Assembly (NCBI GenBank): GCA_038228785.1
Contig: JBBROZ010000001.1
Coordinates: forward strand, 1-50,296
Length of the DNA stretch: 50,296 nt
Reading direction: 5' to 3'
Origin: Patescibacteria group bacterium
GTDB taxonomy: Bacteria; Patescibacteriota; Microgenomatia; Woykebacterales; JBBROZ01
The first letter of the stretch is position 1. Every line of letters begins with the position of its first letter. The position numbers and the translations under genes were made by a program. The notes beneath the pieces were generated by a model. The model made no database searches. It was not told where the DNA came from and worked only from the letters and a program-made list of their open reading frames with translations. Positions 1 to 8,052 of this stretch are shown piece after piece.

Positions 1-397
1 ACCCGAAGGCCTTCATCCTTCACGCGGCGTCGCTGCGTCAGGCTTTCGCCCATTGCGCAAGATTCCCGATTGCTGCCTCCCGTAGGAGTAGGGACCGTGT
101 CTCAGTTCCCTTGTGGCTGTCCATCCTCTCAGACCAGCTACCCGTCGTCGGCTTGGTAGGCCATTACCCTACCAACTACCTGATGGGACATTGGCCAATC
201 TTGATGCGACTTGCGTCTTTGACCCGGAGGTCACATGCGGTATTAGCCAACCTTTCGGCTGGGTATCCCCCACATCAAGGCATGTTCCAATGCATTACTC
301 ACCCGTCCGCCGCTAGCCCTTGCGGGCTCGCTCGACTTGCATACCTAAGGCACGCCGCCAGCATTCATCCTGAGCCAGGATCAAACTCTCCAAAAAA
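1..397 (-). rRNA. rrs: 16S rRNA, 5' ~397 nt only (gene continues past the left edge)
   Basis: Minus-strand read of 369-389 is AGAGTTTGATCCTGGCTCAGG (universal 16S 5' end). Minus-strand read of 71-89 is ACTCCTACGGGAGGCAGCA (E. coli ~338-356). The 5' end is estimated by offset from the 27F site. Confidence 0.93.
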
Positions 398-634
398 ATT
401 TAGAGAACTTGAAAGCTCTATATTTTACCACCCAAATACAGGGTGGGAGTGCTGTCTAGATTGCTCTAGACTTAGTGTTTTTGGTTTTTTCTAAAACCAG
501 TAAATACCCTCCGCTGGAGGGAGAAATTGACGTAATTTATTCCACCACCTTTCAAAAGCTGCATGCCCCGGATCTTGGGAGACCCAGGCAAATTTTTGAA
601 AAGTGTATTTAGTTATCAAAGTGCTGCTTGAACT

Positions 635-657
635 AAAAAAGCGCCCAGAAGGACGCC
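635..657 (-). terminator. Terminator-like hairpin in the 16S upstream leader
   Basis: Minus strand: GCGTCC-TTCT-GGGCGC (6 bp including one G.U) followed by TTTTTT. It lies between the candidate promoter at 759-786 and the 16S 5' end. Confidence 0.35.
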
Positions 658-758
658 AAAAATTAAGAGTCAAATCCGGTCGATTAACTAATTAAGTTTG
701 GACATAGCCTCCTTGCTAATGGCGAGTACAATTCGATTAGAATTGCACAAGCGTAGCG

Positions 759-786
759 AGTATATCAGATACGAAACGAGTGTCAA
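759..786 (-). promoter_or_regulatory. Candidate sigma-70 promoter (rRNA operon leader)
   Basis: Minus strand reads TTGACA (786-781), a 16-nt spacer, then TATACT (764-759). It sits ~360 nt upstream of the 16S 5' end. Confidence 0.5.
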
Positions 787-853
787 CCCTCCTCCGTCAA
801 GACTGCTTGGGATTGATGACTCGTAGCCCTGGGCGGTGGTATCAAGCGATCTA

Positions 854-892
854 ATGTTTGACAATTACTAAGATCAAACATTATAATGTTTG
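854..892 (+). promoter_or_regulatory. Promoter plus operator of the antitoxin/Doc operon
   Basis: TTGACA (858-863), an 18-nt spacer, then TATAAT (882-887). A perfect 9-bp inverted repeat AATGTTTGA (854-862) / TCAAACATT (873-881) spans the spacer. A third AATGTTTG copy lies at 885-892. Confidence 0.6.
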
Positions 893-897
893 TGCTT

Positions 898-1125
898 ATG
901 ATAAAACGAATTTCCCAGGTTGGAGATAGCTTAGGAATCCTACTCCCCACCAAAGAGCTGACCCGGCTTGGCATTGCCAAAGGTACGCCGGTGCAGATCC
1001 AGATCAGCCCAGATAAGATCACTCTGGTACCCCTCAGCCGTAATCCCGATCCCGATCTGGTAGCTCGGTTAGCTGAGAAAGATCGTCTAGATCACCCCGA
1101 TTTCTACCGAATTCTGGCCCAATGA
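898..1125 (+). CDS. AbrB/MazE/SpoVT-type antitoxin
   Basis: N-terminus MIKRISQVGDSLGILLPTKELTRLGIAKGTPV is a swapped-hairpin AbrB-like fold signature. The stop overlaps the next start (ATGA at 1122-1125). An alternative ATG lies at 886, inside the -10 box. Confidence 0.75.
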   Translation: MIKRISQVGDSLGILLPTKELTRLGIAKGTPVQIQISPDKITLVPLSRNPDPDLVARLAEKDRLDHPDFYRILAQ

Positions 1126-1487
1126 AATATTTTGAAACTGAGGAAATTATTAGCCTGAACCGCAGTGTCTTGTTCCCTGGTGAGGAGCACCTGGTCAAAG
1201 ACCGCGGCGGAGTTGAGTCGGCGATTCATCGCCACAAACAGTACGAGGATATTTTTGACGTCGCCAGCGCCATCCTGCACTCCTTTGCGATATCTGGACA
1301 ACTTTTCTTGCAGGGCAACAAACGGACCGGCGGGCTAGCTATGAGGATCGTCTTGGCCTCCGATGGCTACGACTTCTCGATGCCCAAAGAACGATTAGCC
1401 AAGAAGATCTACAACATGGCTGATAAACGCTGGGATCGAGTAAAGATCCGGTCTTGGTTGAAACGGCACACCCGGAAAATCGCTTAA
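1122..1487 (+). CDS. doc: Doc (death-on-curing) / Fic-fold toxin, variant active-site motif
   Basis: The 121-aa product aligns with P1 Doc. The motif region GQLFLQGNKRT corresponds to Doc GHIFNDANKRT. The gene is 4-nt coupled to the upstream antitoxin. Confidence 0.8.
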   Translation: MKYFETEEIISLNRSVLFPGEEHLVKDRGGVESAIHRHKQYEDIFDVASAILHSFAISGQLFLQGNKRTGGLAMRIVLASDGYDFSMPKERLAKKIYNMADKRWDRVKIRSWLKRHTRKIA

Positions 1488-1705
1488 TTATTCATTTTGG
1501 TAAATAAAAATCCCTCCGCGGCAGGTGCGGTTTTGGGGACATAGCGGACTGGGACCGAGTTTCGTTAAGGACCCTGACTCATGGCAACTCCTTTTTTTGT
1601 GAGTTGCCCCAACCAGTACTTCAGGTTTAGCACCACCAGAGGAGGGAGTCAAGCAAACAACCCCCTGCCTGACCCCTACTATATAGTTACTTTAATAGAT
1701 CAAAG

Positions 1706-2395
1706 CTAATCACGAAAGCGGCGCTTGATACGACGACTTGCGTCTCGGACAGTCGCTCGGGCGGTCTCGAGTACGCCCCAGCCAGTTCCAGCTGACCTGG
1801 TCTCCTTCTTTAGGAGCGCCTGGTGAAAATCCTCGAGGGAGTTACCGTCGAATTCGGTCCAACACGTCCCGACGGATCTGGGATGATGACTATCACTCCC
1901 CCCAGTTTCAGCTAGGTTCCATTTCTTGAGGTTATCAGTCCGAATTTTGGAGTGAAATGCCAGCTGAGCCGGGAAACCATTGCGAATCTCCAGACCATCG
2001 GGGCGTTCGGCCAGGTCACCTGAGGCCAGCAATTGCTCTAGTACTTCTGGGCCGATCCCGCGGTAATGCGGGTACACGTGCGGAATGATCGCCAGTCCTC
2101 CTTGAGCATGAATCTCGCGAATAGTTTGCCCCGGAGTCTGGCCGCGTTCAATTTTCTCAGTCAGGAAAATCCCCAGGATATGCCCGGCCAAGGTTGACAC
2201 CTCTTCCCCAACTATGACGTTAACGCCAAATTTATGGGCTTTTTTGGCTGCCTCCAAGGCCCCCGCGATCTCGTTATGGTCGGTTATGGCGATGGCTAGG
2301 AGCTCCGGTTTGGCGGCGGCCGCAGTTAGGACTTCGGCGACTGAGCCAGCTCCGTCAGATTTGTTTGTATGGATATGTAAATCAACTCGGCTCAC
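1706..2395 (-). CDS. PHP-domain metal-dependent phosphoesterase
   Basis: N-terminal VDLHIHTNKSDG and ITDHN motifs are typical of the PHP (polymerase/histidinol phosphatase) family. Confidence 0.8.
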   Translation of the reverse strand: MSRVDLHIHTNKSDGAGSVAEVLTAAAAKPELLAIAITDHNEIAGALEAAKKAHKFGVNVIVGEEVSTLAGHILGIFLTEKIERGQTPGQTIREIHAQGGLAIIPHVYPHYRGIGPEVLEQLLASGDLAERPDGLEIRNGFPAQLAFHSKIRTDNLKKWNLAETGGSDSHHPRSVGTCWTEFDGNSLEDFHQALLKKETRSAGTGWGVLETARATVRDASRRIKRRFRD

Positions 2396-2404
2396 TAATA
2401 GATT

Positions 2405-2707
2405 TTAACGCTTCCAGTGATGTTTCTCTAGCCGGACCAGACCTCCTACAAAAGTCACGCCCTCAGCTTCAAGACGCCTTTTTTGCTCCGCGGCTCCGTC
2501 GAAAGCGAAGTTGGGGGCCAGCCGACCCTCACGGTTGACGACCCGGTGACAAGGAACCTCCGAGCTGGTATTGGCGTGCAGGGCCCAACCAACCTGGCGA
2601 GACAACCTGGGATTACCAAGCATTTCGGCGATCTGTCCGTAAGTCGCGACCTGGCCTTTAGGGACGTATTTAACGATCTGGTAGACCTGCTCCTTCAAGA
2701 TCGCCAT
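2405..2707 (-). CDS. MGMT-family protein (O6-alkylguanine-DNA alkyltransferase C-terminal domain only)
   Basis: The 100-aa product has an intact PCHRVV active-site motif and a YGQIA helix. There is no N-terminal Ogt/Ada domain. Confidence 0.8.
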   Translation of the reverse strand: MAILKEQVYQIVKYVPKGQVATYGQIAEMLGNPRLSRQVGWALHANTSSEVPCHRVVNREGRLAPNFAFDGAAEQKRRLEAEGVTFVGGLVRLEKHHWKR

Positions 2708-3321
2708 GCGTATCTCCCAATTAGTGGGACAAACTGCACGGCCTCGATTGACCTGGTTTCGATATCTCTAGCGCGCCTGATAACTAGAAGCAAGTTCTGA
2801 CTCGACTCGTCCCCGACTGGGATCACCAGCCGGCCGCCGAGTTTGAGTTGGGCGACCAGGGGTTGGGGGATCTTAGGACTACCGGCCGTGACCACGATCG
2901 CATCATAAGGAGCCGCTTCCGGATAACCAGCCGAGCCGTCCCCAGATAGGAACAAGACGTTGGGAATGCCTAAAGCTTTGAATCTATCTTTAGCTTCCGC
3001 CGTCAGCTCGGGTGAGCGATCCATCGAATAAACCTTCTGAGCTAGTCGTCCCAGTATCGCCGCTTGGTAACCAGAGCCTGTGCCGATCTCCAAGACCTTC
3101 TCGAAGCCTTTCAGCTCCAGTAGTTGGGTCATAAGACCCACGATAAAGGGCTGAGAGATAGTCGATTCGTGCCCAATTGGGATTGGCCCGTCGTGCCAAG
3201 CTTGGTCCCGCATGTCATCTGGCAAGAAAGCTTCTCTGGGAACATCCCGAAAAGCTTGGATCACTTTGGGGTGTACGATACCTCTTGAGATCAGTTGTTC
3301 TTGAATGGGATCGGTGTCCAT
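2695..3321 (-). CDS. pcm: Protein-L-isoaspartate O-methyltransferase
   Basis: Carries the SAM motif LEIGTGSGYQAA and ISQPFIV, with typical length (208 aa). It overlaps the next gene by 13 nt. Confidence 0.9.
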   Translation of the reverse strand: MDTDPIQEQLISRGIVHPKVIQAFRDVPREAFLPDDMRDQAWHDGPIPIGHESTISQPFIVGLMTQLLELKGFEKVLEIGTGSGYQAAILGRLAQKVYSMDRSPELTAEAKDRFKALGIPNVLFLSGDGSAGYPEAAPYDAIVVTAGSPKIPQPLVAQLKLGGRLVIPVGDESSQNLLLVIRRARDIETRSIEAVQFVPLIGRYAWRS

Positions 3322-3358
3322 GTATATATTTTAGATCAAATTGGAAAAGCTGTAGCGA

Positions 3359-5095
3359 TCAAGGGGCGACTCGGTGTTGGCCTTGCCCCTGGTACATCGC
3401 CATGATTTCTTTGACACTGGTGGCGTCTTCAGGACTTTTGTCCCCACCCCTAAATGAGACTATCCTGGGAAATCTGAGAGCGTAGCCAGGGTTATCGTCA
3501 AACTGACCGGCGGTGTGGACCGGAGAACGGGTGATTTCATCAGCCATAACCTCGACCACGATTTCCGGTTTCATCCAGACCGACGGGGTCAGAATCGAGT
3601 TGACCCGGGCTGGCTTGGAATCTGACTGCAGAGCGTCGCCGCGACGGTGGATCTCCCGCCACTCCTCATCGGTCAGACCAGTCCCGATCTTGGTAATACT
3701 GACAAATTCGTCCTTATCCTGATCGTAAACTCCGGCCAGCAGTCCCCCGGCCCCAAAAGCAGTCCGTTTGCCCTTGCCAAAATAATAACCCAAGAGCACC
3801 AGATCGACCGTATCGGTCAACTCACCCGAGGTATGACGCTTGAGCTTAACCCAGTTGAAGTTGCGCCCTCCCGCCGTGTAGGGGGCCTCCAAGCGCTTCA
3901 CTACCACGCCTTCCAAACCTTTAGAAATATTATCCAGCAGCTCCTTGGTCAAAACTTCGACTGAGTCGGTTTTGATGAGCGGGGCCGGAAGTAGGATTTC
4001 TGAACCTCTGATAGTCTCCTCAACCAACTTCAACCTCTCCTCGTAGGTCAAGGGAGTCACATCCCGACCCTCCACGTAAAGAATATCGAAGATGAAAGCG
4101 CGCAGGGGTAATTTGGCGGCGAGTTCGTCGATGCCATACTTACGGCGCCGCTTCGTAGTTTCTTGGAAAGGTAAATATTCCTCGGTATCGGGGTTGTAGG
4201 CAATCGCTTCCCCATCTAAGATCGCTGTTCCGACTTTGATATCGCGTTTGGTAGCGGTAATCAGTTCTGGAAACATCAGCGACATATTTTCGAGATTTCT
4301 AGAGTAAATAGCGACCTTAGCGCCGTCTTTGTGGATCTGAACCCGGAAACCGTCGTATTTGGGCTGGACTCCGACCAAGCCGAGCTTTTTGATGACGGCT
4401 TCGGGATTGGGCAGACGTTCAGCTAGCTCAGGACGGACCGGACGGCCCACGGTTATTTGGAGTTTTTCGACTCCTTTGACCCCGTCCTTCCAGAAGGTCA
4501 AGGCGATCAGACCCAGATCGCTGGTGCGGTTGTAAGCCGCTTCCAAAACTGGGCGTAGGCTCTTATCCCCCTGTTTGGCGAAGCTAAGGGCGTCCAAAAC
4601 GGTCGGATCACCAATACCTAGTCTCATCTTCCCAACCGGAATCCGGACCAAATGCTTGGCCGAAGCTGGATCGAGCTCTTTTAGGAGATCCCCAAACAGG
4701 GTTAATTTATTCTCAATTGCTCCGTCACCGGATGTGCCAGCTATCGCTAGTAGCCTACCCGCGACCTCAGTGACCGAAAGCCCACTATCCCTGGTTTTCT
4801 GGCCCAACTCCTCGACCACTAGACCCAAGTCCCCCAGGTGGGAGTATTTTACGGCGACCTCGCCTTTGTCGATATGGTAAGCGTTAGCGATGGCGGTCAA
4901 GACTAGCTTTTCCCCCATGCCGATCTCAGTCGGGTCAAAAAACGGGGTTAGTCGGCCTTGAATAAGGTATGTGACCGGGGCGATCTCCTCCACTGAAACT
5001 TTCTGGAAAAGCTCTGACAAGATCCGCACCAATTCATTACGGCTGGCCGTTATCTCTAGCTCGTCTAAATATGTAGCTAACTGACTGAACTTCAT
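3359..5095 (-). CDS. ATP-dependent DNA ligase (archaeal/eukaryotic Lig1-like, DBD+AdD+OB)
   Basis: Motif I is KYDGFR. Other motifs present are LDGEAIAY, FIFDILY, EGVVVK and NWVKLK. The 578-aa length fits a three-domain ligase. Confidence 0.9.
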   Translation of the reverse strand: MKFSQLATYLDELEITASRNELVRILSELFQKVSVEEIAPVTYLIQGRLTPFFDPTEIGMGEKLVLTAIANAYHIDKGEVAVKYSHLGDLGLVVEELGQKTRDSGLSVTEVAGRLLAIAGTSGDGAIENKLTLFGDLLKELDPASAKHLVRIPVGKMRLGIGDPTVLDALSFAKQGDKSLRPVLEAAYNRTSDLGLIALTFWKDGVKGVEKLQITVGRPVRPELAERLPNPEAVIKKLGLVGVQPKYDGFRVQIHKDGAKVAIYSRNLENMSLMFPELITATKRDIKVGTAILDGEAIAYNPDTEEYLPFQETTKRRRKYGIDELAAKLPLRAFIFDILYVEGRDVTPLTYEERLKLVEETIRGSEILLPAPLIKTDSVEVLTKELLDNISKGLEGVVVKRLEAPYTAGGRNFNWVKLKRHTSGELTDTVDLVLLGYYFGKGKRTAFGAGGLLAGVYDQDKDEFVSITKIGTGLTDEEWREIHRRGDALQSDSKPARVNSILTPSVWMKPEIVVEVMADEITRSPVHTAGQFDDNPGYALRFPRIVSFRGGDKSPEDATSVKEIMAMYQGQGQHRVAP

Positions 5096-6123
5096 TTGAG
5101 TTTGTATTCCGCTGATTTGGTCGACCCAGATTTGCGAACTAATCCTTTTTTGATCAGGTCTTTGAGGTCTCTAAGGACGGTGTCATCACTGACCATGGGT
5201 AGGAGAGCTCGCCAATCTTCGTTGCGAACCTTGCTATAGTCTTCCATGTATTCGACTAGTTTTAATTGACGCTCGTTGAGGGCAATCTGACCGACTTTGC
5301 CCTTAAGTTTCAGATCAACTGAGAGTTTTTGCACCCGCTCCTTGATCCGACCAAGCTCGATCGCTAGGCCTTGGGTGAAGTACTCAAGCCAGGATGTGAG
5401 ATCTCCTGAAGCGGCCGATTGCAGGGCATTGTAGTAGTCTTGCGGGTTGCGGTCGTAATATTCCTCTAGGCTGAAAAATTTCTTAATGTCGTACCCCTCC
5501 GCGAATAAAACTAGGGTCGTGATGGCCCGCGCGCTCCGACCGTTGCCATCGACAAAGGGGTGGATCCGGACCAGTTCGTAGTGAGTAATTCCAGCTCTCA
5601 ATATAGGATTAACTTCCTTCCCTAAAGGCGTATTTAACCACGTAATAAAAGCGTCAACTTGTCCAGGAACAATGTTTGGTAGCGGTGGACGAAAGACCAC
5701 CTCGCCGGTTTTTTTGGCGACGTTAACCGAGACCTTGCGGAAACTACCGGCTTGATCACGAGGTAGAATTTTGTCTGTCGTTAGCTGGTGGACCTTGAGG
5801 ATTGTCACCCGGGTGATGTCTTTGCCCCGCCCAGCGAAGCCGTCAATAAACTTAATGACCTGACGGTAGTTTAGAACTTCTTGGATGTCTCTGGCTTTGG
5901 CAGTGACGTCTCTCCCCTCCAATACCGCTTTGGCCTCAGTAAAATTAAGTTCGTTACCCTCGATGTGAGTGCCGTGAAAGACCGTTCGCACAATCGCCTC
6001 TTCCCGAAATTTGGCCTCCCACGCCGGAACCAGCGGGGCGCTACTAATCACTTCTTTGGCTACCTCGATCTTGGAGATGTTGTTTAGAATCGTATTGGAA
6101 ATGTGAAACTTAGGCGTAAACAC
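5092..6123 (-). CDS. Fic family protein (AMPylase-type) with N-terminal inhibitory motif and C-terminal wHTH-like tail
   Basis: Canonical Fic motif HPFVDGNGRSAR and an inhibitory-helix-like GTHIEGN. The stop TGA overlaps the ligase ATG (ATGA at 5092-5095). Confidence 0.9.
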   Translation of the reverse strand: MFTPKFHISNTILNNISKIEVAKEVISSAPLVPAWEAKFREEAIVRTVFHGTHIEGNELNFTEAKAVLEGRDVTAKARDIQEVLNYRQVIKFIDGFAGRGKDITRVTILKVHQLTTDKILPRDQAGSFRKVSVNVAKKTGEVVFRPPLPNIVPGQVDAFITWLNTPLGKEVNPILRAGITHYELVRIHPFVDGNGRSARAITTLVLFAEGYDIKKFFSLEEYYDRNPQDYYNALQSAASGDLTSWLEYFTQGLAIELGRIKERVQKLSVDLKLKGKVGQIALNERQLKLVEYMEDYSKVRNEDWRALLPMVSDDTVLRDLKDLIKKGLVRKSGSTKSAEYKLK

Positions 6124-6158
6124 AAGGTAATTATACTAAATCTGCGGGAATTTTGCGA

Positions 6159-7172
6159 TTATTTGCCCAAATAATCTAAACAGAATTTCTGATATTCTGA
6201 CCAAAGTCTCAATAACTCATTCATAAATTCATCATCTAAACCCCTCTCGGTTGAAACGTATTTCTCCACCAAGGGCTGTAGATGGTAACTAGAGTAAAAT
6301 CCCCAACTATTGAATTCTTGGGGACCGTAGCGCCATTTCTCTGCGAAATCTCTAGCCCAAAGCTTATCCAGGTCTTCTCTTAAAAATCTATGATCGATAT
6401 ATCCAAAATGTGCCATCGCTGCCACAACTGCTTCTCTGATAACGCTGTCTTCCCCGGGGCTCCGCTTCTCCCAAAATTTAGGCTTCTTAATTTCCCCAAC
6501 AAACTTATTTTCTAGTTTGTAATAATGATCCTGCTGAAATAAGTGGGCGATTTCATGCCAGATAATACCGGCGAAGCGCTCATAGGTTATGGGCTCCGAA
6601 TGGGAACAGTGCAAAGATATTTGGTTAGCAGCCAGATTAGCCCCACCTTGAGTCCCGCCTGGATTGGTGTTGAGCAGCAAGAATATCTCAACCTTATCTG
6701 GAACTTTACTTGCCTTAAAAAACGTGGTCAGAATTCTAACGATCTCATCCGAAGTAGCGCTATTAAATCCCTGCTCAAGTACTACCTGTCTAGCCAGTAA
6801 TCTACCGCTTTCCTCTGGCCAAAGCTGATCGAATCTGGGCTGAAGTAACGCTACAACTTTTTTGATAATAAGTAGTTCTTCGGGATTAGCGAGTACGGAT
6901 ACTTTTTTCCAAACCTCCTTTTCAGAGTCCGCTGAGAAAGCTTGATCCAATCTCCAAGAGGTCCCCTTGATGCCTTTTTGACCCTGGTTGATCTTATCAG
7001 CGATCTTTGATAAATCTTTTAGAGATATCTTCTCCTCTTCTGATAAATCCCCGCCTGTCCAACTGAGCCAATTTTTAACATCTCCTTGGTTGTAGGAGAA
7101 GTGGTATAGGGTTAAAGTCTCAACAAAGTTCCATAAGCAACCTAAGCGCGAGTATTTAACCTCAACTTTCAA
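6159..7172 (-). CDS. Hypothetical protein with HExxH zinc-metalloprotease-like motif
   Basis: The 337-aa product contains IIWHEIAHLF (HEIAH). No family was recognised. It is visibly AT-richer than its neighbours and overlaps the fpg stop by 11 nt. Confidence 0.5.
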   Translation of the reverse strand: MKVEVKYSRLGCLWNFVETLTLYHFSYNQGDVKNWLSWTGGDLSEEEKISLKDLSKIADKINQGQKGIKGTSWRLDQAFSADSEKEVWKKVSVLANPEELLIIKKVVALLQPRFDQLWPEESGRLLARQVVLEQGFNSATSDEIVRILTTFFKASKVPDKVEIFLLLNTNPGGTQGGANLAANQISLHCSHSEPITYERFAGIIWHEIAHLFQQDHYYKLENKFVGEIKKPKFWEKRSPGEDSVIREAVVAAMAHFGYIDHRFLREDLDKLWARDFAEKWRYGPQEFNSWGFYSSYHLQPLVEKYVSTERGLDDEFMNELLRLWSEYQKFCLDYLGK

Positions 7173-8052
7173 GTTCTTGATGCTTGGGACAAAAGAATGT
7201 CCCCCGCCCTCCGACTACAATCTTCTTAATTACCCCACCGTCGTCTTTGGAACAAAGCTCGCCTTCTTGGTTGTGAGCCTTCAAAAAGTGCTGGTGACCA
7301 CCCTTGTTCCCCTCGGAATCGACGAAATCAGATAGGGTCGTACCTTTATTGGCGATTCCAACTTCCAAAACGTGCTTGGTGGCTTTGTAGAGCTGTCCCA
7401 TCTCAGCGTCGTCCAAAGATCCAACCAAACGCAGGGGATGGATTCTCGCCTCCCACAGCGCCTCGTTGGCGTAGATATTCCCCACTCCGGCGACGAAGGT
7501 TTGATCTAGGAGCATCACTTTGATCTTCATTCGTGGGCGTTTGACCAGACGTTCCTTAAAAACCTCGGTTGTGAACTTGGGATCGAAGGGCTCGGGGCCA
7601 AGTTTGGCGATAAATGGTACTTGCCCGACTTCACTGGTCTTAACTAGCCGAATGAAGCCAAACATCCGGGAGTCGTTAAAGTAGAGGTGCGCGCCATTAC
7701 TGAAGCTGAAGATAGCGTGGGTGGCTTTGTTGGGCTGAGGGGCGTTGAAGCTTGGGATCGGGTGACCGCCCGGAGTGATCTGATGTTTGGGATTTTCAAA
7801 GACCAGTTGTCCCGTCATCTTAAGATGAAAGATCACTGTTACCCCGTTCTTGAGATCCAGCAAAGTCAGCTTGGCCCGGCGCCGAATGTCTTTGACTTCG
7901 TGTCCGACTACATCTTTCTCTGGATCGAGATCGTCTTGACGAAGGTTACGCTGCCATTTCGGGATATTAACCTCCAGAGATGTGATTTTGAGGCCTGGAA
8001 GCTTGTTTCTTAGTCCCAGAACGATGGTCTCAACTTCAGGAAGTTCCGGCAT
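7162..8052 (-). CDS. mutM: Formamidopyrimidine-DNA glycosylase (Fpg/MutM family)
   Basis: N-terminal MPELPEVE carries the catalytic Pro2/Glu3. An H2TH region is present. The C-terminal finger reads CSKD...CPKH rather than CxxC...CxxC. Confidence 0.88.
   Translation of the reverse strand: MPELPEVETIVLGLRNKLPGLKITSLEVNIPKWQRNLRQDDLDPEKDVVGHEVKDIRRRAKLTLLDLKNGVTVIFHLKMTGQLVFENPKHQITPGGHPIPSFNAPQPNKATHAIFSFSNGAHLYFNDSRMFGFIRLVKTSEVGQVPFIAKLGPEPFDPKFTTEVFKERLVKRPRMKIKVMLLDQTFVAGVGNIYANEALWEARIHPLRLVGSLDDAEMGQLYKATKHVLEVGIANKGTTLSDFVDSEGNKGGHQHFLKAHNQEGELCSKDDGGVIKKIVVGGRGTFFCPKHQELES

Noticed and set aside
111-494. ORFs 111-494 and 113-316 (plus strand) and 491-673 (minus strand)
   Set aside because: The first two lie inside the 16S rRNA gene on the opposite strand. 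The third covers the structured rRNA leader and has no Shine-Dalgarno sequence or recognisable protein features.
1540-1700. Possible SRP/4.5S RNA in the convergent intergenic region after the Doc gene
   Set aside because: I looked for the conserved domain IV signature (GGAA tetraloop flanked by AGG...AGCAG-type loops) on both strands and could not find it. Only one clean hairpin (1583-1608) is present.
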